DNA of 64,000 nucleotides from Vulcanimicrobiota bacterium. Lineage in GTDB: Bacteria > Vulcanimicrobiota > Vulcanimicrobiia > Vulcanimicrobiales > Vulcanimicrobiaceae. The notes below the pieces were generated by a model. That model had not been told where the DNA came from, ran no database searches, and saw only the letters and a program-made list of their open reading frames with translations. The stretch is taken from the NCBI GenBank assembly GCA_963695225.1, contig OY968762.1, forward strand, positions 288,001 to 352,000, written 5' to 3'. The position numbers and the translations under genes are program-made. Shown here in pieces: positions 52,076 through 61,173 of the stretch. The stretch's first letter is position 1; every line of letters begins with the position of its first letter.

Positions 52076-53058
52076 CGCGATGGCCGATCGTTCACTTTAG
52101 CGCATTGGGTGGCTGAGGCGTCTAGCAGTAGTCGGTGTCGAGGAATAGCCGAGTCGAGATTGGTGGCTTTGGATGAGTAATGTGAATGCAAGTCGCTGAA
52201 CAGTCCGCGGTATCGGGTTACTGCGGGAGGAAGGCCAGCGTTAAGCGGATGTTTCTCTGTTAAGCCGTCGCGCCACGTAAGAGTGATAGATTCCTGAGAA
52301 TGATCTAAGGTGACGTCGCAGTGTTCGTAGTAAAGCGTCGTTGTCTTAGAATTGACATTTAGGGTCCAACTCGTGTCGATGTGAACGATAAACCCTTCTG
52401 AAGGAGTCTTTCCGCTCAGAAGAGCGTTACCCGCGATTTGCGTACATGGTAATTCGCGCAGGCTGATCATCGTTGATGAGAGCATTACGAGAGTCGCATC
52501 GGCAAGAATCTCGTCAAGGACGGTTAATGCATTAATTCCGCTATCTAGCCAAGATCCACTCAGACTCTTCCCTGCGGCGAGGGCGTCACCGTTCGCGATA
52601 TACGGATCGTAGAAGCGACAACTCACTGCTTTCAGAGAACCCAGGGTTGACTTCAGGTGCCTGCAGATCTGCTTCCATCGGAGGATTTCGACGCCAAAGG
52701 CGAAGTGAAACATCGCATAGATCGTGGCCGATTCATGAGCGGAGAGGCGCTCGAGTTCGGCAAGGTCGGCCGCATTAGAGACGAGCGGCTTCTCAACCGC
52801 TGTGCGGCGGCCGGCAGAAAGTGCCGTCTTAAGATGCTGGAAGTGCGTGTCCGTTGGCGATGAGATGACGATCACATCGGCCGGTGAAGAGTCGATCAAA
52901 TGCTGAGCTGTACGATGCCTCGTGATAGACTGCGGGAGGGCTTGCATTCGGGCGACTTCTGGGTCGTAAGCATCGGTGATTTGGATCTGGGGCAAGAGTG
53001 ATAGTGCACGCAGATAATACTCCGTAACCTTGCCTACGCCAAGCAACGCAATATTCAT
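52072..53058 (-). CDS. Gfo/Idh/MocA family oxidoreductase
   Basis: MNIALLGVGKV Rossmann start, ISSPTDTH, VEKP; ATGA overlap with the NTPase. Confidence 0.85.
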   Translation of the reverse strand: MNIALLGVGKVTEYYLRALSLLPQIQITDAYDPEVARMQALPQSITRHRTAQHLIDSSPADVIVISSPTDTHFQHLKTALSAGRRTAVEKPLVSNAADLAELERLSAHESATIYAMFHFAFGVEILRWKQICRHLKSTLGSLKAVSCRFYDPYIANGDALAAGKSLSGSWLDSGINALTVLDEILADATLVMLSSTMISLRELPCTQIAGNALLSGKTPSEGFIVHIDTSWTLNVNSKTTTLYYEHCDVTLDHSQESITLTWRDGLTEKHPLNAGLPPAVTRYRGLFSDLHSHYSSKATNLDSAIPRHRLLLDASATQCAKVNDRPSR

Positions 53059-53326
53059 GATTCTCGTCGACCGGAGCCTTTCGAGTTCGACCGTGATTCG
53101 TGGTTGAGGACGCTAAGGGAGCAGCACGCTGGTCGAGTGCGAGTAAGCGGCGCTTCGCGGCGGGGGCATTCGGTTCCGGCCAGCCAATGCGAGGGCGAGC
53201 TTGTTGGGTTCAACCGAACATAGCCGAAGGTGGCAGTCGGGCCGTGAGCGCAGGCGATCAGGTCGTAGGGGCCAACGAGGTGCATGAGCTCAAGCGCCGG
53301 TTGTCGAGTCGCAACGACTAACGATT

Positions 53327-53941
53327 CTAGCACTGGGCGCTGTGCCAGTGGCCGAGCGCGAGGTAATCGAGGCGCCCGCGGGAGGCCGCGTCTAGGGGGA
53401 TCGGAAATGAGCCGCGCTGCTCGCCTTCCGATGTCTCGATCGTGCCGGAGATCTGCAGTTCGCCGTGCGCGAGGCCGACGCGGATCGCTCCCGGCGGCGT
53501 GTCGTGGCCCGCGTACCATGCGGTCGGGTCCTCGGTGCTGTACTTCTTCAGGCAGGGAGACGCGAGCAGGACGCCGCCGCCGGGGAGGTCGTAGGCGCGC
53601 GGCTCGCGGATCGTCACGACGTTCGCTCCGTCCAGCGTCTGCCAGGCCGCGCCGGCGTACGGGCCGTCGAGCCCGCCCGGATCGTGATTGCCGGGGAGGA
53701 TGTAGACCGGCATCTTCGCGCGCCGCAGCGCGCCCGCGACCTGCCCGATCTCGGCGGCGCGCGGCGTGCGCTCTTCGAACTGATCCCCGGCGACGAGGAT
53801 GAAGTCCACCTGCTGCTGGTTGGCGACGTCGACGATCCGCTCGACGGTCCTCCGCCGCGCCTCGCGCACGGCGCCGGCCTTGTCGCCGGCCTGCAAGCAC
53901 TTCATCCCGATTTGCCAGTCCGCGGTATGCAAGAACCTCAG
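53327..53941 (-). pseudogene. Truncated second copy of the Mre11-like gene (5' half)
   Basis: Same SD and CTG start; stops at LGHWHSAQC*. Confidence 0.88.
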
Positions 53942-54133
53942 GGGTGATCCTCCGTTGCCGATGCATGCACTGTTCCCGGGCTCTATATCGGGGCCGGGGG
54001 CGTGTCGTGCATCACCGTACGCCACGCACGCGTCGCACGGTTGACGTACGCATACCAGAGGTTATCGGCGGCAGCTTGTTCCGCATCGAGGAATTCTCGA
54101 AACGCCCGTTCTCGAGCGGTGTAGTGCGTAGTG
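53333..54133. repeat. Direct repeat copy B
   Basis: Matches 43344-44145. Confidence 0.93.
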
Positions 54134-54403
54134 CGAAAGAGAGTCTGCAGCCTCAATCTGGCGCGCGCGAATGTAGCGGCCCCAAGAACCGTTACTGCCA
54201 AGAGCGGATGTCTCTGCCGGCGGCATAGACGGGGCTGCCTCTGGTGCACTTCTGGTACACTTTCGGGCGTCGGAGCCGCCTCCAGCGCATTCCGCCGGAT
54301 CGTCGCCCGATGATTGTCCCGGGCGGTCCGCCTGCCGAGCCAACTCAAGGGGCTGCTAGCCCAGGCACATGAGACCGCAACGGCTCTCGAAAGCGCTGGG
54401 CTA

Positions 54404-54440
54404 GAAAAACTTTGGCCTCTGCATTCGCAGAGGCCAAAGT
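54404..54440 (-). terminator. Intrinsic terminator downstream of the PemK-like gene
   Basis: Minus strand ACTTTGGCCTCTGC-GAAT-GCAGAGGCCAAAGT followed by TTTT; perfect 14-bp stem. Confidence 0.7.
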
Positions 54441-54522
54441 CCCGGCTCTCCCGGGGGAACGACGTGATTGTACCACATCTCGGGCAACTGTCGGCGCTCG
54501 CCTACTCGCTTTTCTTTGGCGG

Positions 54523-54926
54523 TTAGATGCAACTCGCGAGTCGCCCTAGACCGATCGCGTGCAGCAGGGCGCGCCTAAGTTCATCGAGTGCCTCGTGGAG
54601 AGGCTGACGGTCGGAATGTACTTGCCGCGCACTCGCACGCGGTCGAGGCGCTCGAAACGGACATGTGCTAGCAGGTCCGCTTTCGCCCAAGTGTCGACGG
54701 GGCCGAAACAAGCATAGCTACCCGGCGGAAAATGAACGTGGATTGGCTTGATCGGCCTGGGCGGCGCCGTACTGACAGGGACTACCAACGCTATCGGTGC
54801 CCCGGCATTTCGCGGTGAAACGACGACAACACGCCGCAGCTTTACCATTTCCGGCGCGACATAACCCGCGAAGTCGCACATCCAGACTTCACCGGGCGAT
54901 GGGATAATATTCGGTGGGAGCGACAT
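54523..54926 (-). pseudogene. PemK/MazF-family toxin, probably frameshifted near 54597
   Basis: PGEVWMCDF..PEMVKLRRVVVVSP, VPVST, VRFERL; the expected terminal helix HEALDELRRALLHAIGL lies in another frame ending at 54523. Confidence 0.7.
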
Positions 54927-55060
54927 CGATTTCTACTACGTTTCGTGCGAGGACCGCATCGCGCTTCCGCTAGGGCAGTATCTCATTGTTGAGGGTATTG
55001 CGACGAAGGAGGAACTGAACAAGTGCGAGATCGCGATTGAGCGGTGGCGCCTGCTTCGCG

Positions 55061-55291
55061 TCAGAGAAGGGCCCGCAATTCGTCGACGGTTAGGCCGGCG
55101 TCGTCTAGAATGGCGGCGGGCGTGCCGCGCTTGATCGTATCGCCACGGTGAACGTGGACCGTCGTGCGCCGGCCGTTTTCCGGATTCTCCGTGAAGTGTG
55201 CACTACCGCGAATGCGAATGACGACGAACCCTGCACGCTGGAGTGCGCGGACTAGCCTGCCGCCTTCGACGACTGGGAGCTTTTCGCTCAT
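55061..55291 (-). CDS. hicA: HicA-family toxin
   Basis: LVRALQRAGF..RIRGS, TTVHVH, IKRGT..AILDDAGL; next to hicB. Confidence 0.82.
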   Translation of the reverse strand: MSEKLPVVEGGRLVRALQRAGFVVIRIRGSAHFTENPENGRRTTVHVHRGDTIKRGTPAAILDDAGLTVDELRALL

Positions 55292-55298
55292 AGCGCAG

Positions 55299-55538
55299 CT
55301 ACGCCGCGGGGGCGGGAAGTGTGACTGCCACGGCAGTCACGATATCTGACGGCGGAAGCGGCTCGCCGCGCTCGGTCATCACCTCAGCGTGAAGTTCGAT
55401 CACCTCGCGAGCATTTGCGAGGCATTCCTCGACCGTCTCCCCTTGCGTATGTGCGCCCCGGAACGCGGGGATGTGGACCGAAAACCCACCTTCGGCCTCG
55501 GGCTCCAGCACGACTGCGTACGACCGTTCCAACGCCAT
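55299..55538 (-). CDS. hicB: HicB-family antitoxin (short, no DNA-binding domain)
   Basis: YAVVLEPEAEGGFSV.IP, TQGETVEECLANAREVI. Confidence 0.87.
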   Translation of the reverse strand: MALERSYAVVLEPEAEGGFSVHIPAFRGAHTQGETVEECLANAREVIELHAEVMTERGEPLPPSDIVTAVAVTLPAPAA

Positions 55539-55592
55539 CGTGGGAGGGTTCTCCTCCGGGATCCGCCATCCCAGCCATCATCGCGCGCGGGT

Positions 55593-55961
55593 CTAGGGGA
55601 CGTGCTCCTGTGGTAGTGCGGCCCGGATCGCGGCGATCGACGCATCGGGTTCCGCGACCTCGATGATGAGCCGCACGTAGCTCTCATCGTGCAAGCGAAT
55701 CGCAATCGCGCGTTCCGGGTCATGTACGTCCCAAAAGACGCGGCCTTCGTGCTCGTAAAACGTGCCGGCGATGACGACGCCGGGAAGGTTCGTTCCCGGC
55801 GCGCGCACGCCATGCCACCAGCCGCGCGCCTCGTCGGCTGCCCGGTCGACTCCGGCGATATGGGCGAGCGGCACGCGCAGCTCGCTCTTAAATGCCCAAA
55901 GCCGGTCGAACCCTTCGACGTGCACAAACAAATCGGGTCCGGCAATCTCGATCGTCGTCAT
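55593..55961 (-). CDS. Hypothetical protein (PH-like)
   Basis: 122-aa ORF; RAPGTNLPGVVIAGTF, FWDVHDP. Confidence 0.7.
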   Translation of the reverse strand: MTTIEIAGPDLFVHVEGFDRLWAFKSELRVPLAHIAGVDRAADEARGWWHGVRAPGTNLPGVVIAGTFYEHEGRVFWDVHDPERAIAIRLHDESYVRLIIEVAEPDASIAAIRAALPQEHVP

Positions 55962-56071
55962 GCCGCCACGTACCGTGAGAGTGCTGCGGAGTTACACGCT
56001 TACGCGCGCCCGGCAGAAGGCAAGTTCGCGGCGAGCAACGGTCCGCAAGCAGCGAGCACCGTCATGCGCAC

Positions 56072-56554
56072 TCAGCGTTGGGCGGTCGTGCGGCGCGCGG
56101 GTTTCGAAGTGCCCGCCTTGCGAGGCTCGTACGCGGCGAGTTTCGCCATGGCGCCGGAGGCGGCGAAGAGCATCTCCCGCTCGCCTTCGCTGAGCGTCGC
56201 AGCCATCGCGCGTTCGAGCCACAGGCGCCGCGCTCGCAGGTCCGCGGCGAGGACGCGTTCCCCGTCCGGCGTCAGCGCTATTCGGTGCTCGCGCCGGTCT
56301 GCGTCGCTCAAGCTGCGTGCGATCCAACCTTTGCGCTCGAGATCGGCGATCGTGCGGGTGAGCGACTGCGGCGCCAGACGCTCTTCGGCGGCAAGACGCG
56401 TCGCTGGGATCGGCCCGAGCCGGTGCAGCGTTCCCAGGATAGCGAGTGCGGAGAGCCCGGCCGAGCCCTCGGGCCGTTCGGCGCGCAGGCGCCGCCCGAG
56501 CGAGAGGACGCTGCGCAGGAGCAAGGCTGCATGTTCGCGTTTCACGCTCGTCAA
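56072..56554 (-). CDS. MarR family regulator
   Basis: LAAEERLAPQSLTRTIADLERKGWI, DRR, LTPDG; divergent from the FUSC gene; start TTG 56554 or GTG 56545. Confidence 0.85.
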   Translation of the reverse strand: MTSVKREHAALLLRSVLSLGRRLRAERPEGSAGLSALAILGTLHRLGPIPATRLAAEERLAPQSLTRTIADLERKGWIARSLSDADRREHRIALTPDGERVLAADLRARRLWLERAMAATLSEGEREMLFAASGAMAKLAAYEPRKAGTSKPARRTTAQR

Positions 56555-56630
56555 ATAGTACGCATAGCGTAGTAAATCTTGCCGCGCCTGCAAGGATCGA
56601 GCGGGGTATCGGAGGGGAGTCGGGAGTGCG

Positions 56631-57740
56631 GTGAGCGGGAAGGCGCACGTGGCGGCGGCGCTTCGCTGGCAAGGCGAAGCGCGCGCGGAGCCTGCCGCCA
56701 TCCTCGCGGCAGCGCTGGGGATGGCGGGGCCTGTCGCCGTAGGCGTCGCAACCGGTCAGGTCCCGCTCGGCTTGGCGGGCGCCGTCGGCGGGCTTGCCGT
56801 CGGCAACGCAAGCTTGGGGCCGAGCGCGAAGGCCCAGGTGCGGGAACTGGGTGCGGCGCTGGTGCCGGCCGCCTTAGCTGCAGTCGCGGCGGCGGCGATC
56901 GCCGCTCGCGGCACGTTGACGGATGGGCTGCTCGTGCTCTTGGCGTGCGCGGCGGCGATGGCCGGGGGATATAGCCGGCCGATGTCCGTCGCGACGACGC
57001 GCTTCATCCTCTTCCTGATCGTGACGATCAACGTCGCCGGCGCCGCACCGCAGCGCGTAGCGCTGCCGATCCTCATCGTGGCGGGCGCGTTGTGGACCGC
57101 GCTAGCGAGCCTCGCCCTCGGCGGCCTCGCGCGCTCGCTCGGATCGCGCGCGCCTGCCGCGCGTGGCGGCGAACCTGCGGCTGGCGACGCTGCGACGGCC
57201 GCGGGCGGCGGCGAGGCGCCGGCGGCGACGGCCGCCCAGGGGCTCGCACGTTGGAAGAAGACGTTGACCGGCGTTGCAAGCCGGAATTACACGCTACGGC
57301 TCGGGATCTGCTTGACGGTCGCCGGCATCTTGCGATCGATGTGGCCGGAGCACCACCTGTATTGGATCGCGCTCACCGCTGCGCTGCTCTGCGAACGGCG
57401 CGTCGAGGCGTTTCCGATCAAGACGACGCAACGCGCCTTCGGCACGGCGCTCGGCGTCATGCTCGCATACGCATTCGTCGCATGCAACGTCACCGGATGG
57501 GCCTTGGCCGGCGCAATCGGCATACTCGCAGGCTTACGGGCGTGGCTGCGCACGAAGAACTATCTCGCTTACGCGATTGCGATGACGCCGCTCATCATCC
57601 TAATCATGGATGCGGGGCGGCCGCTCGGCAGCGGCGTGCTGATGGATCGCCTCGTCGCGACGCTCATCGGCGCGGCCCTCGTCGTCTGCGTCAACCTGCT
57701 GATCGGCGGCCGATCATCCGCCCGCCAAACTGGCTCTTGA
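56631..57740 (+). CDS. FUSC-family membrane protein
   Basis: Multiple TM helices; YWIALT, QRAFGTALG, DRLVATLIG. Confidence 0.82.
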   Translation: MSGKAHVAAALRWQGEARAEPAAILAAALGMAGPVAVGVATGQVPLGLAGAVGGLAVGNASLGPSAKAQVRELGAALVPAALAAVAAAAIAARGTLTDGLLVLLACAAAMAGGYSRPMSVATTRFILFLIVTINVAGAAPQRVALPILIVAGALWTALASLALGGLARSLGSRAPAARGGEPAAGDAATAAGGGEAPAATAAQGLARWKKTLTGVASRNYTLRLGICLTVAGILRSMWPEHHLYWIALTAALLCERRVEAFPIKTTQRAFGTALGVMLAYAFVACNVTGWALAGAIGILAGLRAWLRTKNYLAYAIAMTPLIILIMDAGRPLGSGVLMDRLVATLIGAALVVCVNLLIGGRSSARQTGS

Positions 57741-57881
57741 CACGGAAGGCGCGCCCGGGGACGGCGCGCCGCTCACGTTTTCCCGTGAACGTCGTCCGCT
57801 CGGGGAGGCTGTGGATCTGGGCCGGCCGCCGGCGACGCGCCGCGGGCGGGTCGGATCGCGGCCGCGTTCGAATCGATCGGC

Positions 57882-58514
57882 ATGGAGCACGAGCGTCCCG
57901 TCGCACTCGCGCTGGATGCCATGGGCGTCATCTTTCGCGACGCAGACGATGTCGCCGCTCTCCTCATTCCGTTCGTTGCGGCGCAAGGAGGGTCGAGGGA
58001 CGCGGTCTTCGTGGAGGAGCGCTACCGCTCGGCGAGTCTCGGCGAGCTTACGGCAGAGGAGTTTTGGCAAGCGGTCGGGCTGGCGTCGGATCTGGAGAAT
58101 GCGTACTTAGCGCAGCATCGCCTCAACGACGGTGCCGTCGCCTTTCTCGAGCAGAGCGGCGAGCTGTTTTCGCGTGTTTGCTGCGTGACGAACGACGTAA
58201 GCGAATGGTCGAAGAAGCTGCGACGGCGGTTTGGCCTCGACCGCGCAATCGAGCACTGGTTCGTCAGCGGCGAGATCGGCAGGCGCAAGCCGGATGCCGC
58301 AATCTACGAGCGCGCGCTGCGCGAGCTACGCGCGCCTGCGGAGCGCCTGCTCTTCGTTGACGACCGCCTGCGCAACGTGGAGGCCGCCGCCGCCCTCGGC
58401 ATCTTCGGCGTCTTGTTCGGCCCGGAGGCGCGCAGCTCGGGATGGGACTACGCGGTGCGAGATTTCAACGAGCTTGCCGCGTTCTGCCGGCAATGGCGCC
58501 TCGGGGGAACGTGA
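57882..58514 (+). CDS. HAD-family hydrolase
   Basis: LDAMGV, TND, RKPD, FVDDRLRNV. Confidence 0.85.
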   Translation: MEHERPVALALDAMGVIFRDADDVAALLIPFVAAQGGSRDAVFVEERYRSASLGELTAEEFWQAVGLASDLENAYLAQHRLNDGAVAFLEQSGELFSRVCCVTNDVSEWSKKLRRRFGLDRAIEHWFVSGEIGRRKPDAAIYERALRELRAPAERLLFVDDRLRNVEAAAALGIFGVLFGPEARSSGWDYAVRDFNELAAFCRQWRLGGT

Positions 58515-58538
58515 TGTCTACGCTCAAGAGACGCTCCG

Positions 58539-58715
58539 ATGGGTGACGGTCCGGAGCGCAAGCGGGGTGGAGCGCGCTCGTGTTTCAACAAGAACGGATC
58601 GCCGAAGGCGGCCTTTGCGACGAAGAAGCTCGCCGAGCGCGCCATTCCGCGGACGAGCGTCAGGCTCGCGGCATACGCCTGCGCGCAGCATGGGTGGCAC
58701 CTCGGCCACCGCTAG
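58539..58715 (+). CDS. 58-aa basic protein with possible Zn-binding motif
   Basis: Manual translation MGDGPERKRGGARSCFNKNGSPKAAFATKKLAERAIPRTSVRLAAYACAQHGWHLGHR; below track cutoff. Confidence 0.55.
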   Translation: MGDGPERKRGGARSCFNKNGSPKAAFATKKLAERAIPRTSVRLAAYACAQHGWHLGHR

Positions 58716-58857
58716 GCGTCGGCAGAGATCCAGGCCCGCGCCTGCGCGGCCCGCGCGTATGGCTGCACGATCGGGAGCCCCTGCACTGGTTCATTTCGTC
58801 GCCGAAACGTGCTAGATTCTCTTCGGATGCACTCTCTCTGAAAGGGTCGGCGTGGCG

Positions 58858-59016
58858 ATGCAACTCCTAGAAGAAGGCCGGGCGGTCGAAGTTGTGGCCG
58901 AGGACGAAGAAGACGCCCAGAAATCGTGCACGTGCGGCTGTGCCTGCGGCAACGGCGGCGATGCAGTGCACGCCAACAATTTCGATCAAACTTCGGCGGT
59001 CACGGCGGTAACCTAG
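58858..59016 (+). CDS. Cys-rich RiPP precursor peptide (52 aa)
   Basis: MQLLEEGRAVEVVAEDEEDAQKSCTCGCACGNGGDAVHANNFDQTSAVTAVT; acidic leader, CxCxCxC core; ends 7 nt before the radical SAM gene. Confidence 0.85.
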   Translation: MQLLEEGRAVEVVAEDEEDAQKSCTCGCACGNGGDAVHANNFDQTSAVTAVT

Positions 59017-59023
59017 AGACTCC

Positions 59024-60526
59024 GTGAACCCCAGCGGCGGCGGTGCGCGTTCGCGGGCGGCGGACGCCGGGCCGTTCGTCAAGGTTTTCAAAACCGGCTC
59101 GCATCGTTACGTCTACGATGTGAGCCGTAATGCCCTGTTTCAAACGCGGGCCGCGACCGCAGCCGTCATCGAGGCCCTCGGCCAGGGCGTGAGCCCCGCC
59201 GAAGTCCACGCCCGGCTGCGGCCGCGCTATTCCCGCGACCAAGTCGCCCGCTCGCTGCGCGACGTGCGCCGCTGGAAGCGCAAGGGATACCTCTCCGGCC
59301 GCAGGCCTTTGGGCTTGCGCCTCGGTCTAACGCCGAGCGACCTTCAAGCGCAGATGGCGAGCGGCTTGCGTCAGCTGATCCTCGGCGTGACGGAGACGTG
59401 CAACCTGCGCTGCCGCTATTGCGTCTACAGCGGATCGTATCGGCACTTTCGGCAGCATCACGCAGCGAGCATGACGTTCGAGATCGCGAAGAAGGCGCTC
59501 GATTTCTTCTACGACCACGTCGCGCCGGGCGAACCGAACAGGATCTCTTTCTACGGCGGCGAGCCGCTCGTCAATCTCGCGCTGATCCGAGAATGCGTTG
59601 CGTATTACGACGAAAAGGCGCAAGGCCGCCGGATCGTCTACAACCTGACGACGAACGCGACGCTTTTGAAGGCCGAAGCGCGCCGCTTCCTCGCCGAGCA
59701 CAACGTCGCCGTGCGCGTGAGCCTGGATGGGCCCGAGGAGATCCACGACACGAATCGCGTCTATCGCAACGGACGCGGCTCGTACGGCGCCGTCCGCGAG
59801 CATCTCGAGGCGCTCGCGCGCGAGTACCCGGCCTACTTTCGCGAGCGCGTCTCGTTCTGCTCGGTCGCCGGGGCGCCGTACAAACTCGCTCCCGTCCTCG
59901 AGTTCTTCGAGGGCGATCCGCTGTTCGCGGGGCTCACCGTCTCCGTGAACGGCGTGCGCCCGGTCGACACGTCGTATCTGGAGGAACACCCGCCCTCGTT
60001 CGACGGCGCGGAAATCGGGGCGCTCCGCCGCAGATACATCGCGAAGACGGTGAAGGGCGAGGATCCCGGGACGTACCTGCGCTCGCTCTTCGAATCGCGC
60101 TTGGCGGACATCGTGCAAAGGGGGGCGGGGAAGCCGATTCCCGAGTACCTCCATCCGAACAAGATCTGCATCCCCGGCGTTCGGCGGCTCTTCGTCGACA
60201 GCAGCGGGCGCTTCCAGGCCTGCGAGCGCTTCAACGAGACACTCTTCATCGGCGACGTGGAGCGCGGCTTCGACGCGACGAAGGTTGCGGGCCTCATCGA
60301 CGACTACATCCGCATCAGCGAGGCCGACTGCCGCACGTGCTGGGCGGTCCGCCTCTGCCGAACGTGCTTCATCTCCGCGAACGGCGACGGCATCGACGGC
60401 GAGCACAAACGCAAGCACTGCGCGAACGAGCGCCGCGAGCTGGAAGCCGCGCTCAGCCTCTACTGCACGCTGATGGAGCGGAACCCCGACTGCCTCGACC
60501 GGCTCAAGGATCTCGTCTTCACCTGA
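59024..60526 (+). CDS. Radical SAM/SPASM peptide maturase (CcpM-like)
   Basis: RRE-like N-terminus (YVYDVSRN); CNLRCRYC; FYGGEPL; SLDG; SPASM cysteines CIPG..CER..CRTCWAVRLCRTC..HC. Confidence 0.9.
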   Translation: MNPSGGGARSRAADAGPFVKVFKTGSHRYVYDVSRNALFQTRAATAAVIEALGQGVSPAEVHARLRPRYSRDQVARSLRDVRRWKRKGYLSGRRPLGLRLGLTPSDLQAQMASGLRQLILGVTETCNLRCRYCVYSGSYRHFRQHHAASMTFEIAKKALDFFYDHVAPGEPNRISFYGGEPLVNLALIRECVAYYDEKAQGRRIVYNLTTNATLLKAEARRFLAEHNVAVRVSLDGPEEIHDTNRVYRNGRGSYGAVREHLEALAREYPAYFRERVSFCSVAGAPYKLAPVLEFFEGDPLFAGLTVSVNGVRPVDTSYLEEHPPSFDGAEIGALRRRYIAKTVKGEDPGTYLRSLFESRLADIVQRGAGKPIPEYLHPNKICIPGVRRLFVDSSGRFQACERFNETLFIGDVERGFDATKVAGLIDDYIRISEADCRTCWAVRLCRTCFISANGDGIDGEHKRKHCANERRELEAALSLYCTLMERNPDCLDRLKDLVFT

Positions 60527-60565
60527 TGAGCTCCTAGGGCAGGGAGCCGAGGGGCCGGCCAGTCT

Positions 60566-61051
60566 TCAGCGACCGTCGTCGTCGTATGCTCGCCGCAGTG
60601 CGTTGATGTCGAGCTTCTCCATCTTGAGCATCGCTTCCATCGCGCGCTGCGCACGGACCCGGTCGTCGCCGCCCAAGAGTTCGCCGAGCCCTTGCGGCAC
60701 GATGTTCCAGGGGATCCCGTACTTGTCTTTGAGCCATCCGCATTGGATCGTCGTGCCGCCCGCTGCGAGTTTGTCCCAGAGTGCGTCGACTTCGTCTTGC
60801 GTCTCGCAGCTGACGAACAGCGCTATCGGCGCTGGCCCTTCCGACCCGGCGGGCACGGTGCCGTTGAGTGCCATGAAGTCCTGTCCGTTCAGCTGGAATT
60901 CAACGACCATCGCCAAGTCTTCCGGGCCCGGCCCCGCCGCACCGTAGCGGGTGATGTTGTCGATGCGCGAATTCTTGAATAGAGAGACGTAGAAGCCCGT
61001 GGCTTCCTCCGCCTGGCGGTCAAACCACAGATACGGAATGATTTGCGGCAT
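60566..61051 (-). CDS. VOC family protein (PhnB-like)
   Basis: PYLWFDRQAEEA, FMALNG, CGWLKDKYGIPW. Confidence 0.88.
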   Translation of the reverse strand: MPQIIPYLWFDRQAEEATGFYVSLFKNSRIDNITRYGAAGPGPEDLAMVVEFQLNGQDFMALNGTVPAGSEGPAPIALFVSCETQDEVDALWDKLAAGGTTIQCGWLKDKYGIPWNIVPQGLGELLGGDDRVRAQRAMEAMLKMEKLDINALRRAYDDDGR

Positions 61052-61173
61052 GGAACGGCCTCCGGAATTCGCGGCGCTATAGGTTTCGTACCCTCCTTTA
61101 CGCAGGTTCGAGCGCGCCCGCCTTGTCGCCCGGCGAAGCGACGGCGTCCGCCGATGCGTGGTAGGATGGTTCC

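Noticed and set aside
54360..54400. Hammerhead ribozyme
   Set aside because: Core reads CACATGA rather than CTGATGA and no stem III with cleavage triplet is evident
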